64,000 bases of DNA from Flectonema sp. DT1601 (lineage: Eukaryota): NCBI GenBank assembly GCA_964019425.1, contig OZ025780.1, positions 310,001 to 374,000 of the forward strand. Direction: 5' to 3'. Below the pieces are notes generated by a model. The model saw only the letters and a list, made by a program, of their open reading frames with translations. It was not told where the DNA came from and did not search any database. Below are positions 12,552 through 23,429 of the stretch, in pieces; the first letter of the stretch is position 1, and every line of letters starts with the position of its first letter. Made by a program: the position numbers and the translations under genes.

Positions 12552-13646
12552 CTAGATTTCAACAAGCTGCTGTACTACTGTCATACCCTCTGCATTCACA
12601 CTGTAGGCAACGTATGCGATTCGTCCACCAATTCCAAGTTCCCAGTGAGTTACTGGTCCGGATGCAATTACGTTCTTCTCAATCCACTTGTCAGACATTT
12701 CGAGGGAATACATACCAATAGTGATAATGTTTTCAACAGCATTCTCACAAGCTGCTACAACAATACCATTATCAGTCACACGAACATGTGTCTTTAAAAG
12801 GCGCTGTGAGATCTTGTGGATCGGCTTACCGAGTAGTTCCCATCTGTTGCTTCCTTCCGGCATGTAGTGAATCTCAAGCTCGTTGTTAGGACCGAAGGAA
12901 GATGCGAAAAGACCATACTTTTGGGAGTACGTGATGTCCATTGCAATTCCTGGGAAAGATCCACCCAAAGGTTCAAAGGTGTGGGCATCGCTGAAGATAG
13001 AAACGTATCCCCCGAGGACATAGGCACCAAAGAATGTGTTTGCGGTTTTCGCCCTGATCATCTTAACGTCGGTCACACGTTTTTCATCAGTTTGGGTGTC
13101 GACGTATGTCTGGTTACTAAAACCTGGTCCGGCTGGGTATCCAGCCCAGGCAGTGTGAAGGTACTTAATAATAACTAACTTGTTATCACTACCCGGGTAG
13201 CTAGGAGTATTACCTAACTCAGAAATCCAAAGCATGTACATGTCACCCTTCGCATCAATATCAAAACCAAACAACTGATTATGAAAGGCATATGATCCTC
13301 TGTAAGCTACAGCTCCATTCAGAACTGAACCAAACCTGTAGTGAATCTTAAGTCCAATGTACTTCACATTATTACGAACCTTAAGGATAAACTCATGGTA
13401 TCCCTGAGCAAACTGAGATACACGTTCTGCTTCCTTCACCCAACCTGTTCCATTCCAAGCCACAACAGGAATGTTAGTTCTACCATCTGAGATATTGTAA
13501 CCATAAGCAACACACGGAAAGTTGTCAAAATCGAAATCCATCGAAATCGCAGTGATTCTGCCATGTGAGGTGGTCTCTCCCATCTGAGTCCAACCACAGA
13601 TGAGTGCCGGTAACGTTATCAACAACGCGTTTAATAATCTCGTCAT
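12552..13646 (-). CDS. Unknown secreted 364-aa beta-rich (propeller-like) protein, copy 1
   Basis: Signal-peptide-like MTRLLNALLITLPALICG; recurring W..xG / xDxD...xAY beta-strand motifs; ORF intact in all four copies. Confidence 0.85.
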   Translation of the reverse strand: MTRLLNALLITLPALICGWTQMGETTSHGRITAISMDFDFDNFPCVAYGYNISDGRTNIPVVAWNGTGWVKEAERVSQFAQGYHEFILKVRNNVKYIGLKIHYRFGSVLNGAVAYRGSYAFHNQLFGFDIDAKGDMYMLWISELGNTPSYPGSDNKLVIIKYLHTAWAGYPAGPGFSNQTYVDTQTDEKRVTDVKMIRAKTANTFFGAYVLGGYVSIFSDAHTFEPLGGSFPGIAMDITYSQKYGLFASSFGPNNELEIHYMPEGSNRWELLGKPIHKISQRLLKTHVRVTDNGIVVAACENAVENIITIGMYSLEMSDKWIEKNVIASGPVTHWELGIGGRIAYVAYSVNAEGMTVVQQLVEI

Positions 13647-14612
13647 TTGTTTTTGTTTTGTTTTTTTCACTGAATAAAAAGACAACGATAATCAACTGAT
13701 CCTTCCACCAGCAATGAAGAAGAACCAATCATCAGCTACTGGTATCACAAAAGGAGAGAATATTGGATAAATAAAAAAAAACGATACAGCGGCTATCGAA
13801 GTAACCTAATTTAGGTTTCCAGAGTACGTGGTCTGGAATGCCAGCTGATGTTTGAAAGCTGTGCTCAAGCACTAGCTACGTTTTTGTTTTCTGAGTCTTT
13901 TATTATTCATTTATCGAAGTCAGGGAAGTCAAAACTCTCTTGTGAGACTCTCACAAAGAGAGAAGAGATGCAGATAGACTTTGTAATCGATTATTAATAA
14001 AAAAACAACTACACAACACACACAATGATCATATAAATAGAAATCGGCTTAGTAGTCTTTCGAGGTACAAAAGTTACACAAGACCTGGTGTACTATTCTT
14101 TCATTGAGTCGCCGCTGTACAACAACCTGGTTTTAGGCCCTGCATCACGGCTGGTTAAAAATAAATGATTTCAGAATGTTGGAAAAAAGGGAAGAGGAGA
14201 CAACATACGATATTTTGATTGGACATAAAAAAAAAAAAAACTGAAAAGACAAAAGCTCCTTAAGAAATACCACAACAATAACTAAATCACAGTTTCGACT
14301 GTACTCGACTTTGCAGTTTCTAAGGTCACGAGAACGATACGAAGCCTGGTTAGTACTAATCAAGTGATTTAGTTGTTTGCTGCGGTGCTTCATTATTAAA
14401 AAGGTCAGCAACGGGAGAGATCAGAATATGATTACGGGAAGGGATGGAACATCAGTACAGGAGAATTGATCTCAAGTTATAACAAATAAAATAAAATAAA
14501 ATAAAATAACACAACACAGACAACAGTGAAAAAAGCACCCAATTCCATTTCAATTCTCCGATGCAGAGAGCTCGGGGGTCAGAGAAATGAGGGGAAAATG
14601 AAAATCCTCTTT

Positions 14613-15707
14613 TTATACCTCAACAAGCTGCTGTACTACTGTCATGCCCTTCGCACTCACACTGTAGGCAACGTATGCGATTCGTCCACCAATTCCAAGT
14701 TCCCAGTGAGTTACTGGTCCGGATGCAATTACGTTCTTCTCAATCCACTTGTCAGACATTTCGAGGGAATACATACCAATAGTGATAATGTTTTCAACAG
14801 CATTCTCACAAGCTGCTACAACAATACCATTATCAGTCACACGAACATGTGTCTTTAAAAGGCGCTGTGAGATCTTGTGGATCGGCTTACCGAGTAGTTC
14901 CCATCTGTTGCTTCCTTCCGGCATGTAGTGAATCTCAAGCTCGTTGTTAGGACCGAAGGAAGATGCGAAAAGACCATACTTTTGGGAGTACGTGATGTCC
15001 ATTGCAATTCCTGGGAAAGATCCACCCAAAGGTTCAAAGGTGTTGGCGTCGCTGAAGATAGAAACGTGTCCCCCGAGGACATAGGCACCAAAGAATGTGT
15101 TTGCGGTTTTCGCCCTGATTAGCTTAACGTCAGTCACACGTTTTTCATCAGTTTGGGTGTTGACGTATGTCTGGTTACTAAAACCTGGTCCGGCTGGGTA
15201 TCTAGCCCAGGCAGTGTGAAAGTACTTAATAATAACTAACTTGTTATCAGTGCCTGGGTAGCTAGGAGTATTACCTAACTCAGAAATCCAAAGCATGTAC
15301 ATGTCACCCTTCGCATCAATATCAAAACCAAACAACTGATTATGAAAGGCATATGATCCTCTGTAAGCTACAGCTCCATTCAGAACTGAACCAAACCTGT
15401 AGTGAATCTTAAGTCCAATGTACTTCACATTATTACGAACCTTAAGGATAAACTCATGGTATCCCTGAGCAAACTGAGATACACGTTCTGCTTCCTTCAC
15501 CCAACCTGTTCCATTCCAAGCCACAACAGGAATGTTAGTTCTACCATCTGAGATATTGTAACCGTAAGCAACACACGGAAAGTTGTCAAAATCGAAATCC
15601 ATCGAAATCGCAGTGATTCTGTCATGTGAGGTGGTCTCTCCCATCTGAGTCCAACCACAGATGAGTGCCGGTAACGTTATCAACAACGCGTTTAATAATC
15701 TCGTCAT
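14613..15707 (-). CDS. Unknown secreted 364-aa beta-rich protein, copy 2
   Basis: Same as copy 1; start at MTRLL. Confidence 0.85.
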   Translation of the reverse strand: MTRLLNALLITLPALICGWTQMGETTSHDRITAISMDFDFDNFPCVAYGYNISDGRTNIPVVAWNGTGWVKEAERVSQFAQGYHEFILKVRNNVKYIGLKIHYRFGSVLNGAVAYRGSYAFHNQLFGFDIDAKGDMYMLWISELGNTPSYPGTDNKLVIIKYFHTAWARYPAGPGFSNQTYVNTQTDEKRVTDVKLIRAKTANTFFGAYVLGGHVSIFSDANTFEPLGGSFPGIAMDITYSQKYGLFASSFGPNNELEIHYMPEGSNRWELLGKPIHKISQRLLKTHVRVTDNGIVVAACENAVENIITIGMYSLEMSDKWIEKNVIASGPVTHWELGIGGRIAYVAYSVSAKGMTVVQQLVEV

Positions 15708-16682
15708 TTGTTGTCTTTTTTCACTGAATAAAAAGATAACGATAATCAACTGATCCTTCCACCAGCAATGAAGAAGAACCAATCATCAGCTACTGGTATC
15801 ACAAAAGGAGAGAATATTGGATAAATAAAAAAAAACGATACAGCGGCTATCGAAGTAACCTAATTTAGGTTTCCAGAGTACGTGGTCTGGAATGCCAGCT
15901 GATGTTTGAAAGCTGTGCTCAAGCACTAGCTACGTTTTTGTTTTCTGAGTCTTTTATTATTCATTTATCGAAGTCAGGGAAGTCAAAACTCTCTTGTGAG
16001 ACTCTCACAAAGAGAGAAGAGATGCAGATAGACTTTGTAATCGATTATTAATAAAAAAACAACTACACAACACACACAATGATCATATAAATAGAAATCG
16101 GCTTAGTAGTCTTTCGAGGTTACGAAAGTTACACAAGACCTGGTGTACTATTCTTTCATTGAGTCGCCGCTGTACAACAACCTGGTTTTAGGCCCTGCAT
16201 CACGGCTGGTTAAAAATAAATGATTTCGGAATGTTGGAAAAAAGGGAAGAGGAGACAACATACGATATTTTGATTGGACATAAAAAAAAAAAAAAAAAAG
16301 AAAAACTGAAAAGACAAAAGCTCCTTAAGAAATACCACAACAATAACTAAATCACAGTTTCGACTGTACTCGACTTTGCAGTTTCTAAGGTCACGAGAAC
16401 GATACGAAGCCTGGTTAGTACTAATCAAGTGGTTTAGTTGTTTGCTGCGGTGCTTCATTATTAAAAAGGTCAGCAACGGGAGAGATCAGAATATGATTAC
16501 GGGAAGGGATGGAACATCAGTACAGGAGAATTGATCTCAAGTTATAACAAATAAAATAAAATAAAATAAAATAAAATAACACAACACAGACAACAGTGAA
16601 AAAAGCACCCAATTCCATTTCAATTCTCCGATGCAGAGAGCTCGGGGGTCAGAGAAATGAGGGGAAAATGAAAATCCTCTTT

Positions 16683-17777
16683 TTATACCTCAACAAGCTG
16701 CTGTACTACTGTCATGCCCTTCGCACTCACACTGTAGGCAACGTATGCGATTCGTCCACCAATTCCAAGTTCCCAGTGAGTTACTGGTCCGGATGCAATT
16801 ACGTTCTTCTCAATCCACTTGTCAGACATTTCGAGGGAATACATACCAATAGTGATAATGTTTTCAACAGCATTCTCACAAGCTGCTACAACAATACCAT
16901 TATCAGTCACACGAACATGCGTCTTTAAAAGGCGCTGTGAGATCTTGTGGATCGGCTTACCGAGTAGTTCCCATCTGTTGCTTCCTTCCGGCATGTAGTG
17001 AATCTCAAGCTCGTTGTTAGGACCGAAGGAAGATGCGAAAAGACCATACTTTTGGGAGTACGTGATGTCCATTGCAATTCCTGGGAAAGATCCACCCAAA
17101 GGTTCAAAGGTGTTAGCGTCGCTGAAGATAGAAACGTGTCCCCCGAGGACATAGGCACCAAAGAATGTGTTTGCGGTTTTCGCCCTGATTAGCTTAACGT
17201 CAGTCACACGTTTTTCATCAGTTTGGGTGTTGACGTATGTCTGGTTACTAAAACCTGGTCCGGCTGGGTATCTAGCCCAGGCAGTGTGAAAGTACTTAAT
17301 AATAACTAACTTGTTATCAGTGCCTGGGTAGCTAGGAGTATTACCTAACTCAGAAATCCAAAGCATGTACATGTCACCCTTCGCATCAATATCAAAACCA
17401 AACAACTGATTATGAAAGGCATATGATCCTCTGTAAGCTACAGCTCCATTCAGAACTGAACCAAACCTGTAGTGAATCTTAAGTCCAATGTACTTCACAT
17501 TATTACGAACCTTAAGGATAAACTCATGGTATCCCTGAGCAAACTGAGATACACGTTCTGCTTCCTTCACCCAACCTGTTCCATTCCAAGCCACAACAGG
17601 AATGTTAGTTCTACCATCTGAGATATTGTAACCATAAGCAACACACGGAAAGTTGTCAAAATCGAAATCCATCGAAATCGCAGTGATTCTGTCATGTGAG
17701 GTGGTCTCTCCCATCTGAGTCCAACCACAGATGAGTGCCGGTAACGTTATCAACAACGCGTTTAATAATCTCGTCAT
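16683..17777 (-). CDS. Unknown secreted 364-aa beta-rich protein, copy 3
   Basis: Protein identical to copy 2 in the ORF track. Confidence 0.85.
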   Translation of the reverse strand: MTRLLNALLITLPALICGWTQMGETTSHDRITAISMDFDFDNFPCVAYGYNISDGRTNIPVVAWNGTGWVKEAERVSQFAQGYHEFILKVRNNVKYIGLKIHYRFGSVLNGAVAYRGSYAFHNQLFGFDIDAKGDMYMLWISELGNTPSYPGTDNKLVIIKYFHTAWARYPAGPGFSNQTYVNTQTDEKRVTDVKLIRAKTANTFFGAYVLGGHVSIFSDANTFEPLGGSFPGIAMDITYSQKYGLFASSFGPNNELEIHYMPEGSNRWELLGKPIHKISQRLLKTHVRVTDNGIVVAACENAVENIITIGMYSLEMSDKWIEKNVIASGPVTHWELGIGGRIAYVAYSVSAKGMTVVQQLVEV

Positions 17778-18739
17778 TTGTTGTCTTTTTTCACTGAATA
17801 AAAAGATAACGATAATCAACTGATCCTTCCACCAGCAATGAAGAAGAACCAATCATCAGCTACTGGTATCACAAAAGGAGAGAATATTGGATAAATAAAA
17901 AAAAACGATACAGCGGCTATCGAAGTAACCTAATTTAGGTTTCCAGAGTACGTGGTCTGGAATGCCAGCTGATGTTTGAAAGCTGTGCTCAAGCACTAGC
18001 TACGTTTTTGTTTTCTGAGTCTCTTTTTTTATTCATTTATCGAAGTCAGGGAAGTCAAAACTCTCTTGTGAGACTCTCACAAAGAGAGAAGAGATGCAGA
18101 TAGACTTTGTAATCGATTATTAATAAAAAAACAACTACACAACACACACAATGATCATATAAATAGGAATCGGCTTAGTAGTCTTTCGAGGTTACAAAAG
18201 TTACACAAGACCTGGTGTACTATTCTTTCATTGAGTCGCCGCTGTACAACAACCTGGTTTTAGGCCCTGCATCACGGCTGGTTAAAAATAAATGATTTCG
18301 GAATGTTGGAAAAAAGGGAAGAGGAGACAACATACGATATTTTGATTGGACATAAAAAAAAAAAAAAAAAAGAAAAACTGAAAAGACAAAAGCTCCTTAA
18401 GAAATACCACAACAATAACTAAATCACAGTTTCGACTGTACTCGACTTTGCAGTTTCTAAGGTCACGAGAACGATACGAAGCCTGGTTAGTACTAATCAA
18501 GTGATTTAGTTGTTTGCTGCGGTGCTTCATTATTAAAAAGGTCAGCAACGGGAGAGATCAGAATATGATTACGGGAAGGGATGGAACATCAGTACAGGAG
18601 AATTGATTTCAAGTTATAACAAATAAAATAAAATAACACAACACAGACAACAGTGAAAAAAGCACCCAATTCCATTTCAATTCTCCGATGCAGAGAGCTC
18701 GGGGGTCAGAGAAATGAGGGGAAAATGAAAATCCTCTTT

Positions 18740-19834
18740 TTATACCTCAACAAGCTGCTGTACTACTGTCATGCCCTTCGCACTCACACTGTAGGCAACG
18801 TATGCGATTCGTCCACCAATTCCAAGTTCCCAGTGAGTTACTGGTCCGGATGCAATTACGTTCTTCTCAATCCACTTGTCAGACATTTCGAGGGAATACA
18901 TACCAATAGTGATAATGTTTTCAACAGCATTCTCACAAGCTGCTACAACAATACCATTATCAGTCACACGAACATGTGTCTTTAAAAGGCGCTGTGAGAT
19001 CTTGTGGATCGGCTTACCGAGTAGTTCCCATCTGTTGCTTCCTTCCGGCATGTAGTGAATCTCAAGCTCGTTGTTAGGACCGAAGGAAGATGCGAAAAGA
19101 CCATACTTTTGGGAGTACGTGATGTCCATTGCAATTCCTGGGAAAGATCCACCCAAAGGTTCAAAGGTGTTGGCGTCGCTGAAGATAGAAACGTGTCCCC
19201 CGAGGACATAGGCACCAAAGAATGTGCCCGACTGCTTTCCTCTGATTAGCTTAACGTCAGTCACACGTTTTTCATCAGTTTGGGTGTTGACGTGAATCTG
19301 GTCAGTAAAATGGTTTTCAGCTGGGTACTTGGTCCAACCAGACTCTGGGTATGTAATAACAACCAGCTTGTTGTCAGTACCTGGGTAGCTAGGAGAAGTA
19401 GCCATCTCAGAAATCCAAAGCATGAACATGTTGCCATTGGCATCAATATCAAAACCAAACAACTGATTATGAAAGGCATATGATCCTCTGTAAGCTACAG
19501 CTCCATTCAGAACTGAACCAAACCTGTAGTGAATCTTAAGTCCAATGTACTTCACATTATTACGAACCTTAAGGATAAACTCATGGTATCCCTGAGCAAA
19601 CTGAGATACACGTTCTGCTTCCTTCACCCAACCTGTTCCATTCCAAGCCACAACAGGAATGTTAGTTCTACCATCTGAGATATTGTAACCATAAGCAACA
19701 CACGGAAAGTTGTCAAAATCGAAATCCATCGAAATCGCAGTGATTCTGTCATGTGCGGTAGTCTTTCCCATCTGAGTCCAACCACAGATGAGTGCCGGTA
19801 ACGTTATCAACAACGCGCTTAATAATCTCGTCAT
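18740..19834 (-). CDS. Unknown secreted 364-aa beta-rich protein, copy 4 (divergent central patch)
   Basis: Same family; most substitutions cluster at ~19227-19440. Confidence 0.85.
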   Translation of the reverse strand: MTRLLSALLITLPALICGWTQMGKTTAHDRITAISMDFDFDNFPCVAYGYNISDGRTNIPVVAWNGTGWVKEAERVSQFAQGYHEFILKVRNNVKYIGLKIHYRFGSVLNGAVAYRGSYAFHNQLFGFDIDANGNMFMLWISEMATSPSYPGTDNKLVVITYPESGWTKYPAENHFTDQIHVNTQTDEKRVTDVKLIRGKQSGTFFGAYVLGGHVSIFSDANTFEPLGGSFPGIAMDITYSQKYGLFASSFGPNNELEIHYMPEGSNRWELLGKPIHKISQRLLKTHVRVTDNGIVVAACENAVENIITIGMYSLEMSDKWIEKNVIASGPVTHWELGIGGRIAYVAYSVSAKGMTVVQQLVEV

Positions 19835-20130
19835 TTGTTTTTGTTTTGTTTTTTTTCACTGAATAAAAAGACAACGATAATCACCCCTTTTCAACTAACA
19901 AAATCAGCCAAAACAATAAGGTAATAAAGTAACAATAAGGTTATGGTTAGAACATATATTTATTTAGTGTAATTATTGAACTACCCACACAATCTATAAG
20001 AAAGAGGGTGATGGCTGACAATGTGATTAGAGGACGCTGATAGTCCTCTCCTCTCATATCTAAGCTAGCAGAAGTCTGTCCACGCCATACAGAAGGTTGC
20101 AGTCCACCGTCGGCAAGAAAGCTAAGAAAA

Positions 20131-21192
20131 CTATTCAGAAGCAATGCTGGCATTCGTATTAGGAAAACGAAGTGGGAACTTATCAGACACAAAGCCAGTC
20201 CTATTGATAAGGTACGGAATAAGACATTTCTCCCACAAGTCGAAGTATCCTTGAGGATTCAGATGAACTTTGTCGTAGTATTGAGGCTCTCTGGGAAACA
20301 AGACTGATCCACAGTCGAGAAATTTCACATTAGAAAGACCAGCCATTTCCTTTTCAACTATTTCATTGACCATAGTCACCATTGATTGGTACGTCAAAGA
20401 ACAACGCCAATTGTGTTTTCTAAATTTTCTATAACAAGAATCATCTCTTGGAAGAATACCAAGGGTTACAATATGCATAGAAGGATAACGATACATCAAC
20501 AGGTGTACAACCGACACAATAGAAGTCGCTACCAGTGGAAGGTCACTCTTGTCTCCGTTGCAATGGTTTAAATTATTAGTTCCAATTAAAAGAATAATAA
20601 TATTAGGATGACGCGATGAGGGAAGCTCTCCGTGTAGAATCCTCCAAATTAAATTTTGGGTTTCATCGCCTCCAATGCCAAGTGCTAGGGGTTTTACTGA
20701 AGAAAATAGTTCATTAAAACTACTTGCTGATCTGTTGTCTTTGGAATCGTTTCTGAGATTCTCCGTGAGTGAATCTCCAAGAAACCACATTCCGCTATCC
20801 ACAGTGTGTGATTCTGTTTTGAGTTTTTCGTGTTTTTTAATCCAATCGCCTATCCAACGCTTTACTCGTGGTCTTCCTCTGTTAGGGGCGTCCTGAACTA
20901 TCCAATCAGAGCACACAGATGGTTTGCATTCATGTGATCGACTGTTACACCAAACTGCTTTACCACCAGTCTTCTCTATTGAACAATTATAATTAGTGGT
21001 GATGGTTGTTGTTATGTTTATACTCTTCGTTGGAATACGACTATCAGAAATGTTAGTTTCCTCAGGATGAAGATTTCTGATGTCCGAAGAACTATCTGAG
21101 TGGTGATCGTTATTTTGAATAATTACAGCACATTGGAATGCAAACAAACTCAGAATAATAATTAAAACCAATACCCATCTTGGATTCGCCAT
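20131..21192 (-). CDS. SGNH/GDSL hydrolase (PAF-acetylhydrolase IB-like) with N-terminal membrane anchor
   Basis: Blocks FLGDSL, GIGGDETQNLIWR, LIGTNNL and DKVHLN; hydrophobic N-terminus. Confidence 0.88.
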   Translation of the reverse strand: MANPRWVLVLIIILSLFAFQCAVIIQNNDHHSDSSSDIRNLHPEETNISDSRIPTKSINITTTITTNYNCSIEKTGGKAVWCNSRSHECKPSVCSDWIVQDAPNRGRPRVKRWIGDWIKKHEKLKTESHTVDSGMWFLGDSLTENLRNDSKDNRSASSFNELFSSVKPLALGIGGDETQNLIWRILHGELPSSRHPNIIILLIGTNNLNHCNGDKSDLPLVATSIVSVVHLLMYRYPSMHIVTLGILPRDDSCYRKFRKHNWRCSLTYQSMVTMVNEIVEKEMAGLSNVKFLDCGSVLFPREPQYYDKVHLNPQGYFDLWEKCLIPYLINRTGFVSDKFPLRFPNTNASIASE

Positions 21193-22512
21193 CGACCTGT
21201 TGAAAAGTAATTATGACCCATAGTAGTACTGGAGGTTAATTGAGTTATCTTATTTTTTTTTTTCATCTCACGGGAAGGACACAAAAAAAAAAAAAAAAAA
21301 AAAGGTTACAGTGTTCCTGGTTCATTTGAAAATTTTACTGCAAATATAAAGTAGTGGTAAGTTTTGGTTGACAAACTGTCTTTTTGAGTCATTTGTTGGC
21401 CAAAGCAACCGCAAAGGCAAACAGCAGGAGAGGTATGGCGCTGTCAACGGGGCTGTAGTGCACCCTAATCGGGGGGTGAAGACCGGGATATCTCCATTAG
21501 CAGAGAGAGATTAAATTGATCACAAGAAAAAAATAATCGTTTATAACTGCTATTTAGAGTTGAGGGGGATTTTGTTGCGCAAATCAAAGATTTGAATGAT
21601 TTTTATTTCATTTCAGGATTTGGTGTTTTTTAATGAAGCTTTTTTTCCTTACTCTTTTTTTTTTTTCCTCCATGAAAAAAGGTTAAATTCATACATACTC
21701 CCTCTGCAAGGGAGTGAAAGTAGAATTCCTCGTCTTGAAGGGAAAAAGAATTTCGCTGGTTGACACCTTTTTCTGAATGACTAAACGCAACGTAGATAAC
21801 CACACCTCTAGAAAAGAAGGATACATAAAAGAAGGGTGAATAAATACAATTCACAGTTCCTTAATTCTTTATAAAAGAAATAAGAAAAAAAAAAGACAGA
21901 TGATCAGCAAATTAATTATTTCACTTCAAAATAAAAAAAAAGTGATTTTGACGCGACTTTAAAAAAAAGTTGATAGTATGGTAGTTCCCTTAACTCACGT
22001 ATCCATTAACAGGGCAAAGTGAGATAAGTCAGAATTTGAGTTCGCTGTTTGCTCCAATGCTGCGATTCGAATGAAAAAAACGAAAACTTAGCTCTTTGAG
22101 AAACAACAAAGAGGGCGAAGCAAAAAAAAAGAGTTTCACCTCTCAGTTTTTTATTTATTTTATCTTTTTTTTTGTTTTTTGTTGTTGAGTGAAATTCTTA
22201 ATAAAAGTCACATCCTTTAAACATATCAACACCTACCGAATTCTACTTCGCTCATATCTCCCTGTTGAACAATAGAACTCGCACAGTGGCTCTGAAGCAA
22301 ACCAACAGAAAAAAAAAAAAAAAAAAAAAAAAACCCATTCAGATAAAGCAGTCTTATATTTTGTTGATTGCGGACAGTATTACTGGCGGCACAAGAGAAA
22401 AAAATATATATAAACATTTGACATTTAAATAAATAAACAAATTTTCTTAATTTGAATAGTTTTTTTTTTTTTTTTTGGAATGGAAGCTAACAAAGTGGAA
22501 TCAGTCAGTTTA

Positions 22513-22565
22513 CGTACCTGTGAGACTCTCACAAGACTTACGAGGAATCACAGATGGCAACTGAT
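22513..22565. repeat. Short dispersed repeat with palindromic core TGTGAGA-C-TCTCACA
   Basis: Core at 22519-22533; the same core is at 11903, 13941, ~15995 and ~18067. Confidence 0.55.
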
Positions 22566-22792
22566 GACAATTATCGCCGAGAGGGAACACACTTGTAAGC
22601 TCAAGAAACAAAAAAGAAATCAGTTGTTGTATAAAGTACCCTCACTTAACAAGAATAGTTATTAAGCAACCCGCAAGTACCTATTAATTGATGACGATGT
22701 GGATAGTTTTGTTGGGTCAATCAAAAAAAAAAAAACCATGCAACTGAAAAAAAATAATCGCACGAATTTTGCAAGCAGTTTTTTTTTACAAC

Positions 22793-22825
<33 letters not shown>

Positions 22826-23429
22826 TCCCCAAAAAAAAAAAAGAAAAAAACAAACAATCTCGCATACCGCAGCAGCAATAATCGTGAAGCAATTATCATG
22901 GAATGGAGAGAGCAAATAAAGCAACAAGCAATGCAGGTAGTCTCGCACTGCCAGATATGTCTCGCAATTGGGATGCGCAGGATAACGATTTTACTTTTTT
23001 TTTAAAAAAAAAAAATCGTAAAAAATAAAAAAAAGAGGAGGAAGGATGTGTCTTTAGAGAATGTCAGCTCAAAAAAACCGACTTCAAGAAACTTTTTTCG
23101 TAAGCAGCTTTCAGGGTGATCAGTGCAAGTGGAGTCTTTGTACTCAACACTTGCAGCAACAACCTCTATGCGTCGTAGTTGAAATACAATAAAAAGGGGG
23201 GAAATACAAAAAAACAAGGGATACTTAAATAAAAAGTATCACTGAGAGACAAGTAATACGTTCCTACTTAACTACACATTACGGTTCACAAAGAAGTATC
23301 AAAAAATGACACGAAAGAATTAGTAACGTTCGGTATTCATACATTACAAAATCGGGTTGTTAAACGGAAAAAAAATAATAAGATGAGATGGGGATGTTTT
23401 TTTCTTTTTTAATATTAATTATATCTTGG

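Larger units (their letters stand above)
11755..19885. repeat. Tandem array of ~2.06-kb units, four gene copies
   Basis: Near-identical ORFs end at 12552, 14613, 16683 and 18740 (spacings 2061, 2070, 2057 nt), with shared spacers. Confidence 0.97.

Noticed and set aside
13843..13862. CTGATG...GAAA as a minimal hammerhead ribozyme
   Set aside because: The core reads CTGATGT rather than CTGANGA and there is no stem II.
11755..19885. CRISPR-like or spliced-leader RNA array
   Set aside because: The units are 2-kb gene duplications. I saw no short repeat-spacer pattern and no recognisable euglenozoan SL exon.
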